DNA from: Chiloscyllium plagiosum
Lineage: Eukaryota
NCBI RefSeq assembly: GCF_004010195.1
Contig: NC_057718.1
Coordinates: 227,035-269,710, forward strand
Direction: 5' to 3'
DNA length: 42,676 nucleotides
Of this stretch, positions 12,637-23,035 are shown piece after piece; within the stretch, counting starts at the first letter, position 1, and the number at the start of each line of letters is the position of its first letter. The position numbers and the translations under genes are program-made. Below the pieces are notes generated by a model. The model had not been told where the DNA came from. It saw only the letters and a program-made list of their open reading frames with translations, and did no database searches.

Positions 12637-13368
12637 TGTGAGAAACTAAGCTCACACACTTCAATAATTTCAGTCCGAGACAAAATCTGAATCAGTAGTG
12701 TCCTTTATTTTACTCTTGCAAGAGGGTGTGATATCCACTGTCTACAAGGCAAGGGACACACACACACTAAATTCAATTAATACACGATATTTATATAATT
12801 TGGTTTCTTTTTTTTTCATTGCTCCTCCCCTGTTTACATCTTCCACTTCCCTAAGACTGGCCCCATTACTCCTGTTTATCTCTTGCCTTATCCGACCTTA
12901 TCTCTGACAAAATGCTTATTTCTGGCCTCACAAGGCCATTTGACATCATCCCGCTGTAAGTCATTGTTAGGCATATTCTTTCTTCACCATTATCTACTCC
13001 CTCCATCTGTACCTTCCCCTACCATACTGATCCTTATGACCCTTTTAATTGGGGTTTATTCCTGTGTCTCTGTAAAAGTGGGAAACAGATGTTTATACCT
13101 ACTGTTTGTACAGGCGTATCTAGCTTAACTTCCTCCCCTCACAGCATCTTATCTATTCGCCTGTAATATCTACCATTGTTTTGCAGTCATGTATCATTCT
13201 GGCATACAATTTTAGCTAATACAAAAACAATTATGTATTTCCCCCACATAGTTTCCATTCTTGTTGACTCAGCTCTTGGCTGAAACAATTACACACTGGT
13301 TTGAGTTCATTTACTTTGTATAAGTAATTAGAATTGCAGAAGTAACACTACTTTACCTATATCCCACA
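12637..13368 (-). repeat. ERV-A 3' LTR (732 bp)
   Basis: Direct repeat of 21568-22298. The minus strand runs TGTGGGATATAGG...TTTCTCACA, with TATATAAA at ~12790-12797 and AATAAA at ~12704-12709. Confidence 0.95.
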
Positions 13369-13370
13369 AT

Positions 13371-13385
13371 TTCCCCTTTTTCTTT
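13371..13385 (-). promoter_or_regulatory. ERV-A polypurine tract
   Basis: Minus strand AAAGAAAAAGGGGAA, then AT, immediately before the 3' LTR TG. Confidence 0.9.
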
Positions 13386-13387
13386 AA

Positions 13388-15132
13388 TTACCATTTGTTA
13401 TCTTCTGCAATTTTTCTTTTAAGCATTGCCCCCGAAATTCAAAATTCGCATCATTCCGGAGATTTTATCCATCTTGGTCTCACTCATCCCCTCATTATTT
13501 AGTCGATAAAGCTCCTCTGCCTGATTCCCTTTTAGGGGCATCTGTTTCATCAAGGCTGTCTCAATCAGTCTTTGGGTGAGCCCTCATATACAGGGTATGA
13601 TACAACAGCCAATGGCCACCAATACCCCGACTACTACTATCAGCGAAGTAAGGATAGAAACCACTACCCCCTTCCATTTTCCAAACCATGATTCAAGCCA
13701 TCCCATGAGAGTTGCATCTAATCCTGAATTCTCAGCCAGTTCCTCTGCTAAGGTAGTCAAGCCCCTTAAGGCCCGAATAATTGAACCATCAGGTGCAGTG
13801 TTATTAGGAATAAAGGTACAACAACTTCCTCCTAACATCACACACACACACCGCCTTTTTCTGCTAAAATCATGTCAAGGGCCATTCTGGTTTCCCATGC
13901 CATCCTACTTGTCACATCAAGCTGTTCTGATATTCCTTTAACCGCATCTCTTGTATAATTTATAAATCGCTGTTGATTGTAGAAAATGTAATTTATCCAA
14001 TCTACAATTTTATTAATTGTTACCCACCAGAAGAGAGCTGACTCAAAGCCAGCTGCAATCTGGTTATGAGAGCTGACTCAAAGCCAGCTGCAATCTGGTT
14101 ATGAGCCTTGAATTCATCAGGTACCCCGGGGAACCTTTAATGCTGAGTAGTTCCCTCCCTTCTCCATTTTGGTAACATTCTTAATCTCTGTACATAATTT
14201 CAGCTCCCCCAGATTTCTCGACCGACTTGTACCTTGTCTACGCACCACACGACGTGTGATTTCCGACTGCAGCGGAAAATGTGGGGGGGATTTTTGCATC
14301 TTTCTCCTCCAAGGGAGGGAACATCAGAGATAGGGAGGTACAATTCCTATCATACCATGCAGCCTCATCCTGATACAGGGCTATCATACATTTCATGCCT
14401 TTCCTGTCTCGCTTCCACCCGAGCGGAAAGGGAACCACCTGGGCCACTGGCCTACCGGAGGCTCATGCAGAGCAATTGATCTTGTTCAGACTTTTTACAG
14501 TATACTTTACCCATTCAACACAGGCATTTGCATCCCCGTACCCAGTCTCTATCTCGATGGTCTGTTTCAAGTCCTTTACCTCTATAATTTTTACTACTTT
14601 AGGGTCAACAGGAGGGGTGAAAGGTTGTATCTTATTATCCAGTAATTCTGCCCATTTTCCCTGTCCTACACTAATTCGAAAACAACAGCCCGAGAAATCC
14701 TTCCCGTTTGCTTTCATTTTTATCCCAAATGTTTCATTTAATTGTATCTCATAGATGCCCCCCCCCCCCCCAGAATTGCTTCATGCCATGTGGTTTTCCT
14801 TATTGTTAGGTATATTGGGTTACATTTTTTATTGGGACAATCGCGAGCTGGTCGGAAGGGGGCCCGGTGTACTGTGACGAGACCATTATACCAAGTACCA
14901 TCCCCGAGGCCATCCCCATATGGACTTCTGAGCTGCGGTACTGTGTCTGATTATCTACATCCCCACAAGTTACTAAGCTGCATGCATCAGCGTCTATTAC
15001 TTGTGGATTATCAGACTCAGGAACCGTTAATAACATGTACGAAAATGATATTTGACAAAATCCCAATACTAAGAGGGCTAGCATCATAACTCTAAGCATT
15101 CCCAGTATTCTAATCATCATGCTTAAGCACAA
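13388..15132 (-). pseudogene. env: ERV-A envelope (gamma-type SU/TM), disrupted
   Basis: Hydrophobic signal-like N-terminus, CSA* (broken CXXC), NKNVDWINYIFYNQQRF, CVMLGGSCC (CX6CC), TM anchor VVVSILTSLIVVVGVLVAIGCCIIPCI. Carries frameshifts, an internal deletion and a 35-bp duplication. Confidence 0.9.
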
Positions 15133-17774
15133 AAAGACTTAATATACAATCTTACAGAAATAATCCCGTGCTCGCGCCGCCACTGTATAGCCAGTTACTC
15201 AAAGTCTCTTTAGTCTGAGTTTCAGCGGGTCTTGCGTTGATTCAGCTGTCCAGACTTCTTCCTCAACTGGAGGGTCCACTGGCCCTTTGATCCGAGTGTA
15301 GTGAGTCCAGTCTTTCTCCGCCGTCCTTATTGCCGTTTCGGTCAAAAGAGCCTGGTACGGCCCTTCCCAGTCCGGCTGCAATTTAGTCTCTGTCCATGAT
15401 TTTACTAAGACCCAATCGCCCGGCCGGGATGAACGGTGAATTCAAGGGGTGGAGTCTGTGCCAATAAACCCTGTTTCCTAAGGAAAGACAAAGAGGAGGA
15501 CAAGCCTAGTATATACTTCTTTAAAAACAAATCTTTAGTTTCGGGAATTGGCAATTCTCCATTCGTCCCCTGGTAAGGTAATCCAAATAAGATTTCATAG
15601 GGGGATAGTCCCAAATCTTTCCTTGGGGCTGTTCGTACTCGCAAGAGAGCTATAGGTAAATATTTGGTCCAAGGGAGTCTGGTTCCTATTATCAATTGAG
15701 AGAGCTGTCGTTTGAGTGTTTGGTTCATTCTCTCAACCCTTCCCGATGATGGCGGGTGCCATGGAGTATGGAACTCCCAGGAAATTCCCAACCCTTTCAT
15801 TACCCCCTGTAACACTTTAGAGGTAAAATGAGTTCCTTGGTCGGAATCTATACAGTTCACTAGCCTATATCGGGGAATTATGTGCTCTAATATTGTTTTA
15901 GACACCCCACTCGCAGTGGCAGTAGCTAGGGGTATGCCTCAACCCAACCAGATAGATGCATCCATATTCCCTAAGAACTAAATCACACATTGCTTGTACT
16001 CCCCAATGGCTGCCTTGGTGTAGGACGGCCATAATCTCCCGCATCATCATTTTGTTTAACATTTCCCTTCCATCAGGTAACCTCCAATGCCCATCTGCTG
16101 TTTTTACAGCCCCTAAATCTCTCAATTCTTTTTCTTCTCTTTCAGTAAGTATAGGAGCTTACCTAGGACCTGGGACAGTTGGTATTAGGGAATGAATCAC
16201 CACTTCTTGTGGGTTCAGGGCTGCTTCCCTAGCCACTTCATCGGCTAATCTATTCCCCCTAACTTCTGGTTCATTTCCTTTCTGATGACCATTTACATGC
16301 ACTACTGCTATTTCTCGGGGGAGTCATAGGGACTCCAAGACCTGTTTAATCAACTCCTCATGTACTAATTCCTTCCCCCGGCTATTGATCAGTCCTCTTT
16401 CCTGCCATATCTTTCCAAAGTATGCACAACACCAAATGCATATTTAGAGTCAGTGTATATTGTTCCCTCTTTATTTTCTAATGTCCTAAGGGCTCTTTCC
16501 AATGCATAGAGTTCGCAAGTCTGAGCTGACCACCCATTTGGCAACCTTCCTGCCTCCACCACATTACCGTTTGTCCCATCTACGACTGCATACCCATTAT
16601 GTCTTTTCCCTTCAGTCACCCGGGATGATCCATCTATAAAAGGTCGGGCTCCTGCATGAAGTGGAACATCTCTCAGGTCCGTGCGGACCTTAGTTTGGTA
16701 TTCTATAATGTCAAGGCAGCCGTGCTCTGGATTCTGAGGAGAGTCTCCTTTCCCTTTCCAAAGAAAGGCAGCTGGATTTAAACAATTGTCCGTGACCAAC
16801 ACTAGATCATCCTTTTCTATTAATATTGCCTCATATTTCAGAATCCGCGAGTCTGTCAACCATCGCCCAGCTTTTTGGTTTAGGATCGTTCTCACTTGGT
16901 GTGGGGTGCTTACTATTAGGGCTCCCCCAACTGTAAGCTTTCTGCTTTCCTCCACCAACAGTGCAGTGGCAGCCACAGCCTGCACACACTCAGGCCACCC
17001 CCGGGATACTGGATCCAATAGCTTTGAAAGATATGCTACTGGCTGTCAAATTCCTCCTCACCTCTGGGTTAATATTCCCAAAGCCGCTCCCTTATCTACG
17101 GTAGCAAAGAGGTGGAAAGGTTTATCTAGAGAAGGTAAGGCTAACACGGGGGCATGGATCAGATCTGTTTTGAGTTCCTCAACTAGTTCGTTTTCCTCAT
17201 CATCCCAACTTAAACACTTTGGTTCCCCCTCTAATAGTTTGAGATATAATTTCTTAGTCTTCTGACCATGGGAATCTATCCACAATCTGCAATATCCCGT
17301 TAGGCCCAAAAATTTGCATAACTCCCGTTTAGGCCTGGGCAGTGGCATCCTCACTATTCCCTCTATCCGTTCTGGGCCTATCTTTCGCTCTCCCTCACTA
17401 ACTAAATGTCCCAAGTATTTCACTTCTTGCTCCACATTTTGTAATTTGTTTTTAGATACTCCCAGTCCTTGCTGGCCCAGGAAATTCAATAATTTGTTAA
17501 TGGCTTCTACTACTCTTTCTCTTCTTTTTCCTGATACTAAGAGGTCGTCTACATACTGCAACAGGGTAGTCCCCTTGGGGCTGCTAAATTTCTCCAATAT
17601 TTGTTCTAACATCTGTCCAAATAAATTTGGGGATTCCGTAAACTCCTGGGGGAGCGCGGTCCACTGGTATTGCTGTTTCTGTCCTGTCTTGGGGTCTTCC
17701 CATTCAAAGGCGAACAAATTCCTACTTTCCTCCGCCAAGGGACAAGCCCAAAAGGCAGCCTTTAAATCTATCAC

Positions 17775-17905
17775 CTGATTGGATCACCTGATGAAGGAGC
17801 ATCACTCCGAAAGCTAGTGCTTCCAATTAAACTTGTTGGACTATAACCTGGTGTTGTGTGATTTTTAACTTTGTACACCCCAGTCCAACACCGGCATCTC
17901 CGAAT
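17775..17905 (+). mobile_element. Short Penelope-like (second family) pseudo-LTR inserted antisense into ERV-A RT
   Basis: Interrupts WF(M)|VIDLKAAF. Contains CAC-CTGATGA-A-GGAG-catca-CTCC-GAAA-GCTA-GTG and an AATTAAA. Confidence 0.75.
17785..17819 (+). ncRNA. Minimal hammerhead ribozyme motif (second family)
   Basis: CUGAUGA/GAAA cores, helix II GGAG/CTCC, palindromic AGCT, CUA triplet, helix I CAC/GTG. Confidence 0.65.
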
Positions 17906-18603
17906 CATAAACCATTTGTGGTCATGAGAGATCTTACTTAATAACGTATAGGGGTTTGGCACCACTGGGTGCCTGATCTGTACTATTCGATTTAATGTTC
18001 TCAAATCCTGCACCAATCGATAAGTTCCATTGGATTTCCGTACTGGTAGGATTGGGGTATTATAAGGAGACATACATGGCTCAACAGTCCATCTCTAATC
18101 AGTCCCTCAATTACTGGCTGCAGTCCTCGTTTACCTTCTATGGAAATGGGATATTGTCGCTCACAGACAACATCCCCTTTCCTTTTTAAACTTATTTCTA
18201 GGGGAGGGATCTGTAGTTTTCCACAATTCCCTTCTCTAGCCCATACAATAGGGTCTATCTCTCTCTCTGCATCCTCTGTCAACATCGCCAGTTGTACAAC
18301 TAATTCTTTTTCCCAAATTCCAATCTCCAGTCCTAAGAGGATAATTAAATCTCTCCCTAGTAAGTTACTTCCTATATCAGGGATATACAACAGTTCCCCT
18401 GTGACTCTATCCTTAGGACCTTCTATCATCATAGGTTCAAATACTGGAACAGTAAATCCCTCCCCTTTTACCCCCGAAACAGCAATTGACCGTGTTGACA
18501 TTCCTACTTTCTTTGGTTTAAAATTCAGCGATGACCGTGCTGCCCCCGTATCTACTAGGAAGACTGCCTCCTCCCTACAGGGTCCCACCTTCAAGTTTAT
18601 CAA

Positions 18604-18648
18604 GGGTTCCTGGTGGCTCCCCAGGGGCAGGAACCCCTGACACCCCTA
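18604..18648 (-). promoter_or_regulatory. gag-pol amber read-through signal
   Basis: In-frame TAG at 18648-18646, followed by GGGTGTCAG and a 9-bp stem GGGTTCCTG/CAGGAACCC. gag and pro are in the same frame. Confidence 0.8.
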
Positions 18649-18817
18649 TTCTTCATCAAAATTCATAAGCGGAATTGCCCTTTCTTCCCTTTGTAGATCA
18701 GGACAGTCCCACTTAAAATGCCCTATTTTTCCACAATAATAGCATCCTGCCTGTGGAGACCTCCATCTCTGCCCCTGTCGCCCAAACCCTCTATCAAATG
18801 CTCCCCCTTGTCCTCTC

Positions 18818-19786
18818 NNNNNNNNNNNNNNNNNNNNNNNNNNNNNNNNNNNNNNNNNNNNNNNNNNNNNNNNNNNNNNNNNNNNNNNNNNNNNNNNNNN
18901 NNNNNNNNNNNNNNNNNNNNNNNNNNNNNNNNNNNNNNNNNNNNNNNNNNNNNNNNNNNNNNNNNNNNNNNNNNNNNNNNNNNNNNNNNNNNNNNNNNNN
19001 NNNNNNNNNNNNNNNNNNNNNNNNNNNNNNNNNNNNNNNNNNNNNNNNNNNNNNNNNNNNNNNNNNNNNNNNNNNNNNNNNNNNNNNNNNNNNNNNNNNN
19101 NNNNNNNNNNNNNNNNNNNNNNNNNNNNNNNNNNNNNNNNNNNNNNNNNNNNNNNNNNNNNNNNNNNNNNNNNNNNNNNNNNNNNNNNNNNNNNNNNNNN
19201 NNNNNNNNNNNNNNNNNNNNNNNNNNNNNNNNNNNNNNNNNNNNNNNNNNNNNNNNNNNNNNNNNNNNNNNNNNNNNNNNNNNNNNNNNNNNNNNNNNNN
19301 NNNNNNNNNNNNNNNNNNNNNNNNNNNNNNNNNNNNNNNNNNNNNNNNNNNNNNNNNNNNNNNNNNNNNNNNNNNNNNNNNNNNNNNNNNNNNNNNNNNN
19401 NNNNNNNNNNNNNNNNNNNNNNNNNNNNNNNNNNNNNNNNNNNNNNNNNNNNNNNNNNNNNNNNNNNNNNNNNNNNNNNNNNNNNNNNNNNNNNNNNNNN
19501 NNNNNNNNNNNNNNNNNNNNNNNNNNNNNNNNNNNNNNNNNNNNNNNNNNNNNNNNNNNNNNNNNNNNNNNNNNNNNNNNNNNNNNNNNNNNNNNNNNNN
19601 NNNNNNNNNNNNNNNNNNNNNNNNNNNNNNNNNNNNNNNNNNNNNNNNNNNNNNNNNNNNNNNNNNNNNNNNNNNNNNNNNNNNNNNNNNNNNNNNNNNN
19701 NNNNNNNNNNNNNNNNNNNNNNNNNNNNNNNNNNNNNNNNNNNNNNNNNNNNNNNNNNNNNNNNNNNNNNNNNNNNNNNNNNNNNN
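18818..19786. other. Assembly gap (N run)
   Basis: Continuous N run. Confidence 1.
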
Positions 19787-19832
19787 GGAACAGGAGAATC
19801 GACGTTTCGGGCATAAGCCCTTCTTCAGGAAT
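19787..19832 (-). mobile_element. Penelope-like pseudo-LTR with hammerhead motif, running into the gap
   Basis: Minus strand ATTC-CTGAAGA-A-GGGC-ttat-GCCC-GAAA-CGTC-GATT-CTCCTGTTCC. Confidence 0.75.
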
Positions 19833-20022
19833 CTGTAGATTAGTAGTTAGTTGAGTTTTGTTTTTTCTCTTTCTCGGTATTTTTCTTTTGTTTCATTTTG
19901 GTTATTATATATTTAAGATTTAATTGTATATCAATGTTTGTACTTGAGAGTTTTGTTTATTTTTGTAAACTTGTAAAAACATTAAATTATCTAATAAAAA
20001 TATGTATAAAAATAATAATAAT
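19833..20022 (+). mobile_element. Probable L1/Tx1-type 3' UTR with A-rich tail inserted in gag
   Basis: T-rich UTR, AATAAA and an (AAT)n tail that abuts gag sequence (…KPLDELL on the minus strand). Confidence 0.45.
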
Positions 20023-20360
20023 TCATCTAATGGTTTTTAGCTCCACCCTTCTATCTTCTGTATATTTCTCTGTATGTCTGGCCATGCCTTTGTCACAAAA
20101 TGTACTTTCAAAGACACTGTGCCACTGGGTCCTCAGGGTTCATTCCAGAATATTTCCGCATTGAGTCTCTTAATCTTTGCAAGAAAGCTGAGGGAGTCTC
20201 ATCTTTCTCCTGTCTAACTTCAAAGGCTTTAGTAAAATTCTGCAACTTCGGAACTGCCTCTCTTATTCCTTTTAGAATCAGGTCTTTCAATTTTTTTATT
20301 TCTTCTCTATGCTCCGGGTTTTGGTTTTCCCACTGGGGGTCTCTGAGGGGAAACTTCACC

Positions 20361-20421
20361 TCGCAACATCGAGGGCCCAAGGGCCTGTACTGCGCTGTAT
20401 TCTTCTATGTTCTATGTTCTA
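20361..20421 (+). mobile_element. CR1 3' tail fragment inside gag
   Basis: gcaacatcgagggcccaagggcctgtactgcgctgtattcttctatgttctatgttcta matches the CR1 tails at 5980-6040 and 22765-22818. Confidence 0.8.
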
Positions 20422-21548
20422 ACTCAGCCCAGGTATACAGACTGGGCCCCAAAATTTGATCAATTTGTTCAGACAACCCCACCGGATCTTCAACCAGGAC
20501 CTTTATTTCCTTTTTAAATGTTCTGACCTCCCCACTGGTGAGGGGGGCACTTACAAACCCAATCTCTTTGTCCCCTATTGGTACCTCCCGAAGGGGATAA
20601 GTCCTTACATTCTTCCCCTTTTTCTTTTGTTTGCCCCCCTTAGGCTTTGATTTAGATCCTCCGGAGGCCTCCTCTACATCTACTGTAGCTTCCCTTTCTT
20701 TTGCTGAGGATTGAGGGTCAGGAACAACAACATCCCCGTCCACCGCCCCCCTCATCCTCCTCTTGTGAATCATCTGTTCCCTGTCCCTGTCTGTCTGTCT
20801 CTCCTCCTTCCCCATGTTCACCTAACCTGTTTTTATGGTGGGGGGGGCAGGGGGGGGGGCAAACAGCCAAGAGGATCCCAGGGACTAGGTGGGGCAGAGG
20901 GGGAATCCTTTGTCTTTACTAACATAATTCCCAAACTGCCCTTCCAACAGGACGCATAGTCCGCCTCCTCTTGACTAAAAGATTGTTTTTTTATTCACAT
21001 ACAAATCTAAATACTGACAGACCCAATCCTCGTCCAAACCATACTTTGGCCAGAAGACAGCCGGACGAACGATTTGTTCTTTGGTCCATACTAAACAACA
21101 ATATTTAATCATTTTCTTTTTATCTTTTGCCCTTGTACAAATATTGCTTGTCCATTCCCATAACATCCTCCCCAATGGACTTTCAGGAGGAATGTTACCA
21201 GGGACTTTTTCTTCTTCCTTTACTCCGTGACAGCTACCCTACCTACCCCCCATTTCCCGGGGCCCTCGCCAGTCCCTCAGCGATTAAATACCCTTTTCCT
21301 GGCCACCAAGGCAATACTTAAAAGTCAGGTTTCTTACCTTGGTCTGTGCACAGAGTTGCCTGGCCCCTTTTCACCGTATTTTCTATCGAGCTCCTGTCAC
21401 TGTCTGATTCAGATGTCTCTCTTGTGGGATGCGTACCAGTCGCCTAAGGGAGCAGACCAAACCGGGACACGAGACCGCTCCTCAATTGGTAACGGGACGC
21501 GTCTTCCCAGTGTCCAAGGCCAGCCATTCCCCCCGGCGATGGAAGAAT

Positions 21549-21565
21549 ATCCCGGACAGCCCCCA
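21549..21565 (-). promoter_or_regulatory. ERV-A primer-binding site, tRNA-Pro
   Basis: TGGGGGCT-GTCCGGGAT, a 1-nt deletion relative to TGGGGGCTCGTCCGGGAT, located 2 nt after the LTR CA. Confidence 0.9.
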
Positions 21566-21567
21566 AT

Positions 21568-22298
21568 TGTGAGAAACTAAGCTCACACACTTCAATAATT
21601 TCAGTCCGATACAAAATCAGAATCAGTAGTGTCCTTTATTTTACTCTTGCAAGAGGGTGTGATATCCACTGTCTACAAGGCAAGGGACACACACACTAAA
21701 TTCAATTATTACACGATATTTATATAATTTGGTTTCTTTTTTTTTACATTGCTCCTCCCTTGTTTACATCTTCCACTACCCTAAGACTGGCCCCATTACT
21801 CCTGTTTATCTCTTGCCTTATCCGGCCTTGTCTGTGACAAAATGCTTATTTCTGGCCTCACAAGGGCGTTTGACCACATCCCGCTGTAAGTCATTGTTAG
21901 GCATATCCTTTCTTCACTATTATCTACCCCCTCCATCTGTATCTTCCACTACCATACTGATCGTTATGACCCTTTTAATTGGGGTTTGTTCCTGTGTCTC
22001 TGTAAAAGTGGGAAACAGATGTTTATACCTACTGTTTGTACAGGCGTATCTAGCTTAACTTCCTCCCCTCACAGCATCTTATCTAATCGCCTGTAATATC
22101 TACCATTGTTTTGCAGTCACGTTTCATTCTGGCATACAATTTTAGCTAATACAAAAACAATTATGTATTTCCTCCACATAGTTTCCATTCTTGTTGACTC
22201 AGCTCTTGGCTGAAACAATTACACACTGGTTTGAGTTCATTTACTTTGTATAAGTAATTAGAATTGCAGAAGTAACACTACTTTACCTATATCCCACA
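21568..22298 (-). repeat. ERV-A 5' LTR (731 bp)
   Basis: Direct repeat of 12637-13368 (about 25 differences by eye), adjacent to the PBS. Confidence 0.95.
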
Positions 22299-23035
22299 TA
22301 AATCCTTCTGTTCCTGTCCTGAGGGTTACTCACTCTGTGTGTCTGAGTCTCTCTCTATCCCTCTGCCTCTCCCTGGAGTTTGCACAGTCCATCTGCATGT
22401 GTTTCTGTATTCCTCCATCTCTCTCTGTGTGGACTTCTCAGCCTGTCTGCCTGTTTCCCTTTGTCCCTCTATCTCTCTCCCTGGGGTGTGTCATCCCAAG
22501 TCTTCCTGTTCCTGTCTATCGCTCCATGGGTGTTTTTCTCTCTCTGTCCGCCTGTGTCTCTCAGTCTCTCTAACTCTGCCTCTGGATTTAACTCTGTCTG
22601 TCTCTCCTCTCTTTATGTATGTATCTCTATCTCTCTCTCTCTGGTTTTCATACTTAGCCAGTAGCAGTGGTGGACTCTCCCTCTTTATGGGCATTTAACC
22701 GGGCATTGGATAGGCATATGGAGGATAGTGGGCTAGTGTAGGTTAGGTGGGCTTGGATCGGCCCAACCTCGAGGGCCAAAGGGCCTGTACTGCGCTGTAT
22801 TTTTTTCTATGTTCTATGACCCCTTGTATCTCTCTATCCCTCTGTCTCTCTCCTTGGGGGATTCACGTTGTCTGCCTCTGTCTCTCTCTGTCCATCTGTC
22901 CCTTTCCCTGTGGATTTCATTGTCTGTCTGGGTGTCTCTCCCTATTTCACACGCTATGTCTCTGTTTCTCTATACCCCTCTGCCTCTCTCACTGGGGTTT
23001 CCACAGTCTGACAATGTGTGCTTCTCCTTCCCCCC
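22299..23035. repeat. CT-rich satellite continuation, with a CR1 tail at ~22655-22820
   Basis: Same motif as 10495-12636. Confidence 0.75.

Larger units (their letters stand above)
15199..18645 (-). pseudogene. pol: ERV-A pro-pol (protease, RT, RNase H, integrase), disrupted
   Basis: FLVDTGAA (PR); YRLVQDLR and LQYVDDLL (RT); FIDGSS and IYTDSKY (RNase H); LHQGSHWG, DSDQGTHF, SSGRVERMN and WEGPYQ (IN). Confidence 0.95.
18646..21253 (-). pseudogene. gag: ERV-A gag, disrupted by insertions and an assembly gap
   Basis: ATG-GGG at 21253; IPPESPLG, KMIKYC..WTKE..FWPKYG (MA-like); RQEKDETPSAFLQRL (MHR-like); CYYCGKIGHFKWDC zinc knuckle at 18744-18703. Confidence 0.88.
12637..22298 (-). mobile_element. 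ERV-A: near-complete class I (gamma/epsilon-like) endogenous retrovirus, defective
   Basis: Paired TG..CA LTRs, tRNA-Pro PBS, gag-TAG-pro-pol-env order and a PPT. Contains many frameshifts, nested insertions and an assembly gap in gag. Confidence 0.95.

Noticed and set aside
10451..12641. Many long S/L/C/V-rich ORFs (up to 233 aa)
   Set aside because: They arise from stop-poor CT-rich satellite in several frames and show no domain motifs.
14806..15132. Accessory ORF between pol and env (also 27281-27538)
   Set aside because: It starts with a signal-like segment and continues by frameshift into SU, so it is best read as the broken env N-terminus.
16786..18640. Plus-strand ORFs of 154-166 aa opposite pol
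   Set aside because: Antisense shadows of pol with no independent motifs.
18718..19854. 361-378 aa ORFs
   Set aside because: Artefacts of translating through the N gap.
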